A stretch of DNA of 64,000 nucleotides from Treponemataceae bacterium (GCA_963677895.2 CAXXGJ010000038.1:160001-224000); one strand, 5' to 3'. Positions 39,766 to 49,646 are shown, numbered from the stretch's first letter. The notes: a model not told the origin generated them from the letters alone. Numbers and translations are program-made.

Positions 39766-39793
39766 ACTTCGTATAATGTATATTCTGTCTACT
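39766..39793 (+). other. dif: Putative chromosomal dif site (XerCD recombination site)
   Basis: ACTTCGTATAA-TGTATA-TTCTGTCTACT, 11-6-11 layout; spacer identical to E. coli dif; intergenic at the convergence of two long gene blocks. Confidence 0.75.
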
Positions 39794-39871
39794 GTTGTAT
39801 AACCGTATTATACAAAAAACGGCTCAAGCCATAAAACTCAAGCCGCTTTCCATGGAGCCATAGGCTGAACG

Positions 39872-42418
39872 CTATAAAGCGTCAAATAGCTTGATTACTT
39901 TTTCTTCCTGCAATGTCAGGCTGCTTTTCCTTCGTATCGAGCAATGTTCCAATACTTTTTCCGCGTCCAGGGCGCTTGAAAAAAGTCTGATGATATTTCT
40001 GTCGCCGCCATGAGCGTCGTTCAGCGTAATCGCAATGGATCTCGTTGACGCATCGGTTGATACCGTCTCGTGAATGCTCGCCTCGGTCAGGGCATTTTCA
40101 AGCCGTCTATAGTTCTCGTCATTGTCTATACGCGCCTCGTACCGGGATCCCCAATATAAGGAACCTATTGAGTTTTTGCCTTCGATGCGGCTCTTGCCGA
40201 CGCGTACGTCGTTGACGACGATGCCTTTCGGCAGGCAGCTATTGAAAGCTTCGATAAACGCTCCGGAATCCGTGATTTCCAGCGAAGAATTAAGCCAGAC
40301 GGCCATTATGTCGTCATCCGATTCTACGCCCAGCGCCAAAGGCTGGCTGAATTCCATGCGAGGAAGCGGATTGAATCCTTCGGTGAAGCGAATCGGCAAA
40401 CCCAATATGAAAAAAGCTCGTGAATATATTCCAGATATTGAATGTAATGGATAAAATGAGGCATTCATCTCCTTCTTAAAGGAAACCACAAGGCGAATAT
40501 CTTCGCTGGAGGCTTTAAAAGTCTCCCCAACCGCGAATCCGCGCGTCGAGGGCAGAATTTCGGGAATTGTCGGCTTGGCCTCTGAAATAGATTGTTTTGG
40601 TTGTATAATATTGGATACTATATGAAAAGCGTCGTTGCAGGCTCCACAGGGATGATCGCAGTCGTCAGCGCAGGCGCCGGTCATCTCGCTCGAAAGCGAT
40701 TTACTGCTTTCCGTATTATAGTAATTGTTGCTGACGAATAGATTTATATCATCCCACGGGAGGCTGGATCCGGCCGGTTTGCCGTTAAGGTACTCAAGGG
40801 AAGGGTCGTAGCCTTTCGATTCCAGCGTTTCCGCGAAGACTTCCTTCCAAATATCTTTCTTGAAATGTTCGTCCCAAGCGTCCAGCCTGGCTCCTTTGGA
40901 GTAGGCGGAGAGGATGATCTCCCCCACCCTGTCGTCGCCTCTGGACAGGATTCCCTCCAGGAGAGCGGTGAAAGGGGAATGGTAGGTTATTGAGATGTAT
41001 TTAAAGGGCCTCAACGCGTCTTTAATATAATAGATGGTGTCCAGCGCTTCCTTTTCCCCGATTTGGGCTTCCCTGGCATAGGGAGTGTGGGGTTTGGGCA
41101 CGAAGGTTCCGATGTTGACGTTGAGGGCGATTCTTTCGACGTGGGCGATTTTCCGTAGAAACTCGACGATCGCCTCGCCCTCCCCCCTGCCCTTTCCCGG
41201 TACCGGCAATCCGATCATGAAATAGAATTTCGCAGACCTGAATCCATATTGTTTGGCTTCTTTCAGGATATCGGCGATCTTGTCGAAGCTGACTGTCTTG
41301 TTGATGGAAGCCTGCCATGACTCTATAGGCGTTTCCACGGCGAAGGTGAGACCTGATTTGCGTACTTCCGAAAGCTCTGCCAGCAGCGGCAAAGTGAAGG
41401 AATCCACCTTGAGGCTGGGTAGCTGGAAAGACACGAAGCGGCTCTTCCAAGCGGCATTGAGCCGCTTGAAAAGTCCCACTATATCGGGATAATCGCCGCT
41501 GGAAAGGGAGGAAAGGGTTATTTCCCTATAGCCGCCGCTTTCCACGAGAGCTTTCACTTCAGCCTCTATTTGCGCTGTAGATTTCACGCGCTGGGGCCTA
41601 TAGTAGTATCCAGCATGGCAGAATCTGCAGCCATTGGGGCATCCGCGCATGATTTCCACGGATCCGTGGCTCTGAATCGTTTGGATTATCGGGATGGGGA
41701 AAGCCGTGGAAGCCGTCGATGTCGAGAAATCGGCGAAAACGGCTCGTAAAGCCGGCTTGGATGCGTTCGCGGCGGTTTCCGGCATCCATATGGATTTTGA
41801 GGAGCGCAGGCGTTCAAGCAGCGCTTTCCGCTTGGCGCCATTTCGCTTTAGCCTCGCCAGCTCCTGAAGCAGGGTATAGAACCCGCCTTCCGCCTCACCA
41901 ATATAGACGGCATCCAGGAATCGGCTGAAAGGATGCGGGTTGGTGACGGCCGGGCCGCCGGCTATCACTATGGGATCGTTTTCGCCTCGGTCCTGGGAGA
42001 GAATGGGGATCTGGCCCACATCGAGCACGGTGAGGATGTTTGTGGCCAGAAGCTCATAACCGATGGAAAAGCCCAGGATGTCGCAGGCTCGCAGCGGTAT
42101 GCCGCTTTCAAGCGTGTAGAGGGGAATGCCTCGCTGCTTGAGCAACGCCTCGAAATCTGGGGCGGGCGCGAACACGCGTTCGCATACGATTTCGTCCGAA
42201 AGCTTGCCGATATCGTTATAGAGTATCCGAATCGCGTTGTTCGACATTCCGATCTCGTAGAGGTCGGGAAAGCAGAGCGCGACTCTTAGGCGCTCGTCGC
42301 TTGGCTCGATGCTTGGGTGAGAACCCAGCTCGCCGCCCAGATAGCGGGCCGGTTTCATTATTGAATAGAGTTCCGAATCGAAGTCTTTTATCGGATCGAC
42401 GAATCGTTCTGCTGTCAC
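39872..42418 (-). CDS. B12-binding-like radical SAM protein (TIGR03960-like) fused to radical SAM-linked domain (TIGR03936/DUF2344-like)
   Basis: KPARYLGGE, FPDLYEIGMSN, EIMRGCPNGCRFC (CxxxCxxC), C-terminal FTEGFNPLPRMEF; GTG 42418 overlaps rodA stop. Confidence 0.88.
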   Translation of the reverse strand: MTAERFVDPIKDFDSELYSIMKPARYLGGELGSHPSIEPSDERLRVALCFPDLYEIGMSNNAIRILYNDIGKLSDEIVCERVFAPAPDFEALLKQRGIPLYTLESGIPLRACDILGFSIGYELLATNILTVLDVGQIPILSQDRGENDPIVIAGGPAVTNPHPFSRFLDAVYIGEAEGGFYTLLQELARLKRNGAKRKALLERLRSSKSIWMPETAANASKPALRAVFADFSTSTASTAFPIPIIQTIQSHGSVEIMRGCPNGCRFCHAGYYYRPQRVKSTAQIEAEVKALVESGGYREITLSSLSSGDYPDIVGLFKRLNAAWKSRFVSFQLPSLKVDSFTLPLLAELSEVRKSGLTFAVETPIESWQASINKTVSFDKIADILKEAKQYGFRSAKFYFMIGLPVPGKGRGEGEAIVEFLRKIAHVERIALNVNIGTFVPKPHTPYAREAQIGEKEALDTIYYIKDALRPFKYISITYHSPFTALLEGILSRGDDRVGEIILSAYSKGARLDAWDEHFKKDIWKEVFAETLESKGYDPSLEYLNGKPAGSSLPWDDINLFVSNNYYNTESSKSLSSEMTGACADDCDHPCGACNDAFHIVSNIIQPKQSISEAKPTIPEILPSTRGFAVGETFKASSEDIRLVVSFKKEMNASFYPLHSISGIYSRAFFILGLPIRFTEGFNPLPRMEFSQPLALGVESDDDIMAVWLNSSLEITDSGAFIEAFNSCLPKGIVVNDVRVGKSRIEGKNSIGSLYWGSRYEARIDNDENYRRLENALTEASIHETVSTDASTRSIAITLNDAHGGDRNIIRLFSSALDAEKVLEHCSIRRKSSLTLQEEKVIKLFDAL

Positions 42419-43734
42419 ATTCTGTACCTTCGGGCGGATATCCCGAGAAGGAAACCGACGGCCGTCATGGCCGCCCATAGGGAAGATCCGCCATATGAGA
42501 TGAAATAAAGAGGAATGCCGGTGATGGGCATTATGCCGATGGCCATGCCGATGTTGATCATGAAATGGAAAAAGAACATTCCGAAGAAACCGCCGCAGAC
42601 GAGCATCGAGTACCTGTCTTTCGTGGTCTCTATCAGAGAGATGATTCGATACATGAGGGCGCCGAAAAGGCAAATCAGGATAATTCCGCCCAAGAGTCCC
42701 CATTCCTCCGCAATTATGGAAAAAATGAAGTCGGTGCTCTGCTGGGGAATAAAGCGCGCGTGACTCTGTGTCCCCTGCATATAGCCTTTTCCCGCCAATC
42801 CGCCGGAACCGATTGCCGTAACCGCCTGTATGATGTTCCATCCAGCGCCCTGAGGGTCCACGTTGGGGTTCAGAAAGACCATCAATCGCATTATCTGGTA
42901 TTCCTTGAGAACCTTATGCGCCGCGAAGGATATCAGGATGGAGAGGTCGAAAATGGCAAATATATAGGAAAGCCAGAAGTAATACTTTTTCTTGAAAACG
43001 AACCAGCCCCAGGACGCAAGTCCCAGGACGACGAAAAAGAAGCTTACGACCAATCTCACCAAGACTGTCCGCTGGAAAAAGAGGTCTATAAGATTGCCGG
43101 CATTGAAGAAGTACTTGCCCGCGAGGGGAAGTATGAGAAGGATAAAAGTGACCAGGATCGTAAGGACCAGGAAGAGCGTATATCGTATATCGATTTCCCC
43201 CATATACAGCATGGCGATGAGAATGGGGAAGAATACCAGCGCCGATCCGAAATCGGGCTGGGAAAGGATGAGGAGAACGGGAACGGCTATGATGCAGCCG
43301 CTGGTAAGGAGGCGCCTGAAACTGCTCATCTGTTCGGATGCGTCCAGATATCTGGCCAGAAAGAGGATGGTGGTGATTTTCGCGAATTCCGAGGGCTGAA
43401 TTCCGTTATCGCCGATGCCTATCCAGGAGCGGGCGCCATTGACTACCCTCCCGGCAAATCGGGTGTATACCAGTATAAGGCATAGAATGACATAGGCCAA
43501 AAAGGAATAATCCTTCAGCCGCGAAATATCGAGCCCCATGGCGATCAGGGCCAGCAAGGCCCCTGTGGCGGCCCATATTATCTGCTTCGAATATTCGTCC
43601 GAAAACCGGAAACCTTCCGTATCGACCCCGGCCGAGGCTATCGAAAGAATCCCGACGCCGATGAGGAGCAACGTAATAAGCAGAAGCAAGTAATCGATGT
43701 CCGAAAGGAATTTCGGTAGCTGGAAATGCTTCAT
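42415..43734 (-). CDS. rodA: Rod shape-determining SEDS protein RodA
   Basis: GARSWI, QPSEFAK, QPDFG, AIGSGG, TDFIFS, SYGGSS; ATG 43734. Confidence 0.95.
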   Translation of the reverse strand: MKHFQLPKFLSDIDYLLLLITLLLIGVGILSIASAGVDTEGFRFSDEYSKQIIWAATGALLALIAMGLDISRLKDYSFLAYVILCLILVYTRFAGRVVNGARSWIGIGDNGIQPSEFAKITTILFLARYLDASEQMSSFRRLLTSGCIIAVPVLLILSQPDFGSALVFFPILIAMLYMGEIDIRYTLFLVLTILVTFILLILPLAGKYFFNAGNLIDLFFQRTVLVRLVVSFFFVVLGLASWGWFVFKKKYYFWLSYIFAIFDLSILISFAAHKVLKEYQIMRLMVFLNPNVDPQGAGWNIIQAVTAIGSGGLAGKGYMQGTQSHARFIPQQSTDFIFSIIAEEWGLLGGIILICLFGALMYRIISLIETTKDRYSMLVCGGFFGMFFFHFMINIGMAIGIMPITGIPLYFISYGGSSLWAAMTAVGFLLGISARRYRM

Positions 43735-45596
43735 TCGGCCCTCCCCCTTCGCAGCGAGCCTTGAAGGTTCACTCCAACGGACTTGGCTGCGGATTCCGCA
43801 TCCTGACCGCTGAAAACACCCTGATAAATGACATTGGCCGCATAGGGAGCCCACCATTCCCAAGGGTTGCTTGCTTCTATCATGGTAACGACAATTATCT
43901 GGTCCTCCGGAGGAGCGTCATAGGGGCCATACGACGCGAACCATGAGTGCCATCGATCCTTCAGGCCAATTTCCGCCGTGCCGGTCTTGCCGGCCACCTT
44001 TACCGCTTTGGTTGAAACGGGAACATTGGCCGAGCCGCCCGCGGTGACGACGCCGCGAAGATCTCTCCGGACTTGCTCGAAGGTAGCCTTGCTTATGGAA
44101 GCGCTCATGATCTGTTCGCGCTCGACGGACTGAATGATGGCTCCCGTCTCGGGATCGCGAATCTCCTTCAGAACGTGAGGCTTATAGACTATTCCGTCGT
44201 TCACGATCATGGCGATCATATCGGCCACCTGAATCGGCGTCGCCAGCATGAACCCTTGGCCGATGGATAAGTTCATGGTATCGCCCAGCGTCCATCGTTC
44301 ATTGTAATTTTGTTCTTTCCACTTTGGGGTAGGCACCAATCCGGAGTTTTCTCCGGGAAGGTCGATGCCTGTGAGTTTTCCATAGCCAAAATCCCCGGCA
44401 TAGCTGGCGATTTTCTCCACGCCGAGGTTGTCTCTTCCAACCGTCCAGTAGTAAATATCGCAGGATTGCGCAAGGGCTCCCTTCAAATCCACAAGTCCAT
44501 GTCCAGGACTATGTACCCAGCAGTTCCAGTCCCTCCCGCCGTAATCGATGACGCCACGGCAGAGAATCTTCTGGTCCGGCGAAATGACTTTCTCCTCGAG
44601 CAAGGCGGTCGTGAGAACGGTTTTAAACGTCGAAGCCGGCGGATACGAAGACTGGATAGCCCTGTTCAGTAAAGGATTGTTGGGATCGGCAAGAAGTTCC
44701 GCGTATTCATCGCCCGCCCTGTTAGAGGAAAATATATTGGGATCATACCAGGGATAGGACACGCTGGCCAAAATCTCGCCGGTGGTCGGTTTCATCACGA
44801 CGATCGATCCCATTCTCTTTCCCAAGGCTTTTTCCGCCAGCTGCTGTATTGAGCGGTCGATGGTGAGCACGAGCCGCTTGCCTGCCTTGGGTGTTTCCAC
44901 TTTGGTCTGTTCGGCCGCCAGGTCTCTGCCTTTTACGTCTACGGTCTTGAGGAGATGTCCGTCGGTTCCTTTCAGGATCGAGTCGTAGACTTTTTCAATT
45001 CCCGCTTTTCCAACCATATCGTCCGATGAATACCCCTTGTTGAAAAGTATCTTGTACTCATCCCTTCCGATCTCTCCGACGTAGCCCAAAACATGCGCTA
45101 GGGATTCCACGTCCAGATATCGTCTGATGGGTCTTGAGTTCCAGTAAACTCCGGGGAAATCTTCCTTGTGCTCGGCGAGCTTGGCGATGGTGGCATAGCT
45201 GGCCGAGGATGTGATCGCTATAGGCTGGTAGAGATGATAGTATTTCGGCGGTATTTTATTTCGCAGGTCGCTTATTTTCATGTCCAGAAGTTCCGCTACG
45301 CGCGCGAAGATAAGATCCCTGTCCGCGTTGGATATTTCCGCGGGTATGATTTCCACGGAAAATGCTTCGTCGTTGGTGACGAGGGGGACGGCATTGGTCC
45401 TGTCGTAGATTTCCCCTCTCGCGGCAGGTATCTTCACGGCCTGAATGGCGTATTTTCGCGCCTGAGCCTTGAATTCCGCTCCGCGAAGGATCTGGAGATT
45501 AAAAAGATAAACGACATATACAGAACAGATCAGGCCAAGAAGAATTCTGAGAAGTTTTGTCCTGTCGGCCCACCGCTGCTGGGAATTGCCCATCAT
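43731..45596 (-). CDS. mrdA: Penicillin-binding protein 2
   Basis: RGEIYDR, STFK (SxxK), SCD (SxN variant), KTGTAE; in mre operon. Confidence 0.94.
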   Translation of the reverse strand: MMGNSQQRWADRTKLLRILLGLICSVYVVYLFNLQILRGAEFKAQARKYAIQAVKIPAARGEIYDRTNAVPLVTNDEAFSVEIIPAEISNADRDLIFARVAELLDMKISDLRNKIPPKYYHLYQPIAITSSASYATIAKLAEHKEDFPGVYWNSRPIRRYLDVESLAHVLGYVGEIGRDEYKILFNKGYSSDDMVGKAGIEKVYDSILKGTDGHLLKTVDVKGRDLAAEQTKVETPKAGKRLVLTIDRSIQQLAEKALGKRMGSIVVMKPTTGEILASVSYPWYDPNIFSSNRAGDEYAELLADPNNPLLNRAIQSSYPPASTFKTVLTTALLEEKVISPDQKILCRGVIDYGGRDWNCWVHSPGHGLVDLKGALAQSCDIYYWTVGRDNLGVEKIASYAGDFGYGKLTGIDLPGENSGLVPTPKWKEQNYNERWTLGDTMNLSIGQGFMLATPIQVADMIAMIVNDGIVYKPHVLKEIRDPETGAIIQSVEREQIMSASISKATFEQVRRDLRGVVTAGGSANVPVSTKAVKVAGKTGTAEIGLKDRWHSWFASYGPYDAPPEDQIIVVTMIEASNPWEWWAPYAANVIYQGVFSGQDAESAAKSVGVNLQGSLRRGRAE

Positions 45597-45636
45597 CCAA
45601 CCTCGGAGCGGAAAGCCGCGTACCTGCCGCCTTTCC

Positions 45637-46146
45637 TCATTCGGTGACCTTTTTAGTGACGAGAAGTCGCCTTATCTTGCCCAATCCGAAAAAAAGCAAG
45701 GGCGCCAGGGCGCCGTTCAGAGTCGCTTCGATCCAGAAATGATAGTCCGACAAGGAATAAGCGCTCATATATTCCGGTCCGTAGATGAGGAGAAGAAAAA
45801 TGCTCGCCAGCCCTTTAAGTATTGTTCCGGCGAAGCCTAAAAGCACAGGAATGAAGAAGGCGTCCATGGTCACTACTTTCCTGAAAAAGGTAGCGGCATA
45901 AGCGGGGATGATATAGAGAAAGGAAAAATATCCGAGCGGTGAGGAGGATAGGAAATCGCAGATGATACCCGAAAGAAATCCGGTAATCACTCCCTGGCTG
46001 TTTCTGTTGTAGTAGGCGACCCATAGGATGACAAGAAGGCAAAAATCGGGAATCACACCCCAGAAAAGGCCGTTTTTCATCCACGTCGTCTGGATGATGA
46101 GAAAAACCGAAGACAATACCGTGGAAAACATGGCGGCTTTAATCAT
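45637..46146 (-). CDS. mreD: Rod shape-determining protein MreD
   Basis: Hydrophobic, IPDFCL, GIICDFLS...PLG; between mreC and mrdA. Confidence 0.88.
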   Translation of the reverse strand: MIKAAMFSTVLSSVFLIIQTTWMKNGLFWGVIPDFCLLVILWVAYYNRNSQGVITGFLSGIICDFLSSSPLGYFSFLYIIPAYAATFFRKVVTMDAFFIPVLLGFAGTILKGLASIFLLLIYGPEYMSAYSLSDYHFWIEATLNGALAPLLFFGLGKIRRLLVTKKVTE

Positions 46147-47045
46147 TTTTCTTCTCTTGCCGGCGATTCCGCGGTTGTCGCCGCATCCGGGGAGGACAGG
46201 TTTTCTTCTTTCTGGATCACGAAGAGATATTCCAGCCTGGAAAAATTAAGGGAAGGCTCCAGCAAAATGATCGCCGAGCTGCTGTATTCGGGCAGCTGGA
46301 TTTCCTTAACCCTTCCTATGGCTAAGTCGCTCGGATAAATCGAGTCCAGGCCGCTCGTCACCACCATATCGCCAATCTGAATTTCCGCCGCGTTAAGTTT
46401 GGAAACATAGCGCATGACGAGAGGATCATCGGGGTTGCCTTGTCCATTCACCAGTCCTTCGTTGCGCGTTCTCGACAAGCGGGCGGAAACGAAGAAACGC
46501 TGGTCGAATACGGGAAGGACGACGCTGGATGTTCTCCTCGCGTCGAGTATTTTCCCCGCCAGTCCCTGCATACCGTTCTGGAAAGCGGCCACGGCCATGT
46601 TTTTCGTTATGCCGGCAGCGCTGCCCTTGTCGATGATATAACTTGTGTAGATATTGCCCGGATCTTTGGCGATGATCTGTGCCGAAGCTTTGATGGTGGT
46701 CATGTTCTGGGCAAATCCCAGCTGTTCCTTCAGTCTCGCGTTTTCCGACATCATATCGGCGAAATTTCTCTGCAGCGTTTCGTACGCTTTGAGCTTGTCC
46801 GCGAGGGAGTTGTACTGGTCGCGTAAATCCGCCAGTTCGCTTATGGAAAATATCGTGCGCTTTACGAAGCCGCCTACCGATGAGAAGACATACTGAATCC
46901 CGCCAGTCACCGCGGATGCGACCACGCCGGGAAGGCTGAGGATGCTTCTCGTCGATATCGAAATCATGAGCAGGGACACAGCGATGAGAATGATAGGAGT
47001 TTTTTGCGTCGCCAAAATGCCGCGGCTACGCTTTTTCTGCGGCAT
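46143..47045 (-). CDS. mreC: Rod shape-determining protein MreC
   Basis: ENARLKEQL, IDKGS, GLAGKI, VTSGLDSIYP. Confidence 0.92.
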   Translation of the reverse strand: MPQKKRSRGILATQKTPIILIAVSLLMISISTRSILSLPGVVASAVTGGIQYVFSSVGGFVKRTIFSISELADLRDQYNSLADKLKAYETLQRNFADMMSENARLKEQLGFAQNMTTIKASAQIIAKDPGNIYTSYIIDKGSAAGITKNMAVAAFQNGMQGLAGKILDARRTSSVVLPVFDQRFFVSARLSRTRNEGLVNGQGNPDDPLVMRYVSKLNAAEIQIGDMVVTSGLDSIYPSDLAIGRVKEIQLPEYSSSAIILLEPSLNFSRLEYLFVIQKEENLSSPDAATTAESPAREEK

Positions 47046-47056
47046 CGGCCTGTCTC

Positions 47057-48100
47057 CTAAAGATTAAGGCTCTCATACACGCTTTCGGCGCCTTCCCTGC
47101 TGTTCATGGTCTCGAAATATTTGCCCGCGCCGATAGCCACGCACTCCAGCGGTTTTTCCGCGAGAATCACCGGTACGCCGGTTTCCTTGGCTATCAGCTT
47201 GGGGAGGCCTTTCAGCAGCGCGCCTCCGCCCGACATCACGATACCGCGTTCTACGATGTCGGCGGCCAGTTCGGGGGGAGTCTCGCTCAAGGTTTTCTTG
47301 ACTTCCTCGACGATAAGGGAGATGGAGGGCATGAGAGCCTCGCGGATCTCCACGGAATCCACTTCAAATCGACGAGGAAGGCCGGTGATGGCGTCGTTTC
47401 CCTTGATCTCCACCTTTTCGATGGTCCTCTCGGGACTCGCGTTGCCAATTTCCATCTTCAGCCGCTCGGCTGTCTGATCGCCTATGATAAGGTTATGGAC
47501 ATTCCTGATATGGCGCATTATCGCTTCATCGAACTCATCGCCGCCGACCCTGATCGCCCTGGTTACTACCATGCCTTTCAGGGAAATGACAGAGATCTCC
47601 GTCGTGCCGCCGCCGATATCGCAGATCATATGCCCGGCCGGCTCGACAATCGGAATGCCTGCGCCGATGGCGGCGGCAAGCGATTCGGGGATTACCTTAA
47701 CCGTCCTGGCCCCGGCCTTGTATGCCGAATCGATGACGGCGTTCTCCTCGACTTTGGTGATGCAGGAAGGAACGCCTATGACAATTCTCGGCTTGAAAAA
47801 CCAATTCTTCGGAACGACTTTCTGGATGAAATATTTGATCATTTTTTCGGTGAGGTCGGGGTCTGCTATCACGCCGTCACGCAGCGGTCTTTTGGCGATG
47901 ATATCTCTGGGCGTGCGCGACAGCATGCCTTTCGCCTCCGTGCCTACCGCTACCAGGCGGCTGGTTCCCTTCTCCACGGCGACGACGGAAGGCTCATCCA
48001 GGACGATTCCCTTCCCGCGAATATATATAAGGGTGTTGCAGGTACCCAGATCTATTCCGATGTCTTGCGAAAAGGATTCAAATAATTTCTTTACCGCCAT
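47057..48100 (-). CDS. mreB: Actin-like protein MreB
   Basis: GIDLGTCNT, EPSVVA, DIGGGTTE, GGGALL; GGAGG RBS. Confidence 0.97.
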   Translation of the reverse strand: MAVKKLFESFSQDIGIDLGTCNTLIYIRGKGIVLDEPSVVAVEKGTSRLVAVGTEAKGMLSRTPRDIIAKRPLRDGVIADPDLTEKMIKYFIQKVVPKNWFFKPRIVIGVPSCITKVEENAVIDSAYKAGARTVKVIPESLAAAIGAGIPIVEPAGHMICDIGGGTTEISVISLKGMVVTRAIRVGGDEFDEAIMRHIRNVHNLIIGDQTAERLKMEIGNASPERTIEKVEIKGNDAITGLPRRFEVDSVEIREALMPSISLIVEEVKKTLSETPPELAADIVERGIVMSGGGALLKGLPKLIAKETGVPVILAEKPLECVAIGAGKYFETMNSREGAESVYESLNL

Positions 48101-48109
48101 CATTCCTCC

Positions 48110-49084
48110 CTATAGTCGCTCGGCAAGCTTCTTCCTCGCCTCAACATGATTCGGATCGATCGAGGTGGCCTTGCGCCAGGCGGCACGGGCCTTGATCGGG
48201 TCCTTTTGGGCTTCAAATACGAGCCCGAGCCTGTACCATCCTTCCGCGGAGCGGGGATCGGTATCGACGATCGATTGATACAATGTTCCAGCCTTGGCAA
48301 CCTCGCCGTCGCTCATGGCCATCTCGCCGAGCATAAAACGCGCGCGCTGAACTATCAAGGCATCGGAGGCGGAGGCGACTGCCTTGGACAGCAATTCCGA
48401 CATCTTCTCCACATTGCCTAATTCTTTATAGCTTATAGCTGCCGATAGCATCAATATATCGCTCGGCTCCTGCTGGAGCGCCGTTTCAAAATGCTTCACG
48501 GCCAATTCGTGATTCTGGAGCCCTGCGTAGCTCAATCCGAGATACTGCTCCGAATCCTTGCCCGCATATCCATCTTCTTTGGATTGGGCGAGGTATTTTG
48601 CGGCCAAGTCGTACCAAGGCAATCCCTTCTGGAAATACGCTTTGCCCAGGACATATTCCACCTGGGCTTTGACCGGGAGCTTTCCGCCCGAGGCCATTGC
48701 TTTTCTCAGGCTGAACACTGCTTCATCGAGCAGGCTTTGTTTCTCGTCGCCCTCCGGCTTCTCCGAGGACATATAGTATGCCGCTATACCGTCAAAACTC
48801 AGGTAAAATGGGTCGAGGGGAAGCAAGTCCAGGGAAGCGCGGGTCATTTCCAAAGTATGAAGCTTGTCGCCCGAACTCCAGGTTTCCAGGATCTTGGTTT
48901 TTGAAAAGGATTGGCTATCGCTTAGGTTGGCCGCCTTTTTATCTTCGGCGCCGGAAACCAGGAAATAGATCCCGGCGATCAGGCCAAGGGCGACAATAAT
49001 GGCTATAACGCCCGGAATCAGTCGGTTTCCGTGACCGATCATAAATTTTCTAGACCACCAGGAAGGGTGTGTACTGTTTTTCAT
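48110..49084 (-). CDS. Membrane-anchored TPR protein
   Basis: N-terminal TM then TPR repeats; start set to ATG 49084 because the longer ORF runs into rnpB. Confidence 0.8.
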   Translation of the reverse strand: MKNSTHPSWWSRKFMIGHGNRLIPGVIAIIVALGLIAGIYFLVSGAEDKKAANLSDSQSFSKTKILETWSSGDKLHTLEMTRASLDLLPLDPFYLSFDGIAAYYMSSEKPEGDEKQSLLDEAVFSLRKAMASGGKLPVKAQVEYVLGKAYFQKGLPWYDLAAKYLAQSKEDGYAGKDSEQYLGLSYAGLQNHELAVKHFETALQQEPSDILMLSAAISYKELGNVEKMSELLSKAVASASDALIVQRARFMLGEMAMSDGEVAKAGTLYQSIVDTDPRSAEGWYRLGLVFEAQKDPIKARAAWRKATSIDPNHVEARKKLAERL

Positions 49085-49216
49085 ATAAGGCAAACCCCAG
49101 ATAAGCCGTACTGTCTCAAAACAACTATGTGGACCGCGATAGTATAATGTAAGATTCCCGTCCGATGAAAGATCGAACAAGCTGATTGATCGTCGAAATG
49201 CGAAAAAATAAAAAAA

Positions 49217-49646
49217 GAGCGAGCCTATAAGCCGGGTTCTGTGCGCGGGAAATCCCGCGTCGCTGCCATCCCTCTGCATCCAGCGTCACCGCTCGATGTC
49301 GAGCGACCAACCCGCGGTTTCGACGCGCATTCGCGCGTCAGGATGGGCCATCCACCGCTGTTCGGCCTTGCTCACGATGAGGTTTGCCATGCCATGTCCG
49401 TTGCCGGACACGCGGTGGGCTCTTACCCCACCTTTTCACCCTTACCATTGCTGGCGGTTTATTTTCTGTGGCACTCTCTGTCCGGCAACAGCCTTGAAAC
49501 CATGCCCCTAACGTTCGGCTCGCGCCCAGCATGAGGGGCATGGCATCGGTCCGTCACCGTCCCGGACGTTATCCGGCATCGCGCCCGCTTGAGCCCGGAC
49601 TTTCCTCGACGTATCTTTCGACGCGTCGCGGCAGCGCGGCTCGCTC
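49217..49646 (-). ncRNA. rnpB: RNase P RNA, type A, 430 nt
   Basis: P1 GAGCGAGCC/GGCTCGCTC; GAGGAAAGTCCGGGC; AGTGCCACAGAAA; GGGTGAAA; GGCAAACC; ACAGAACCCGGCTTA. Confidence 0.97.

Noticed and set aside
39763..39796. 16-nt identity to loxP (ACTTCGTATAATGTAT)
   Set aside because: The right loxP arm (TATACGAAGTTAT) is missing; the 11-6-11 dif reading fits better and there is no vector sequence.
42419..42841. Apparent 141-aa N-terminal extension of the radical SAM ORF overlapping rodA
   Set aside because: Alternative frame of rodA; family similarity begins at GTG 42418.
49085..49279. Extension of the TPR ORF into rnpB, and small ORFs within rnpB
   Set aside because: The region is RNase P RNA and promoter DNA; the ORFs are incidental.
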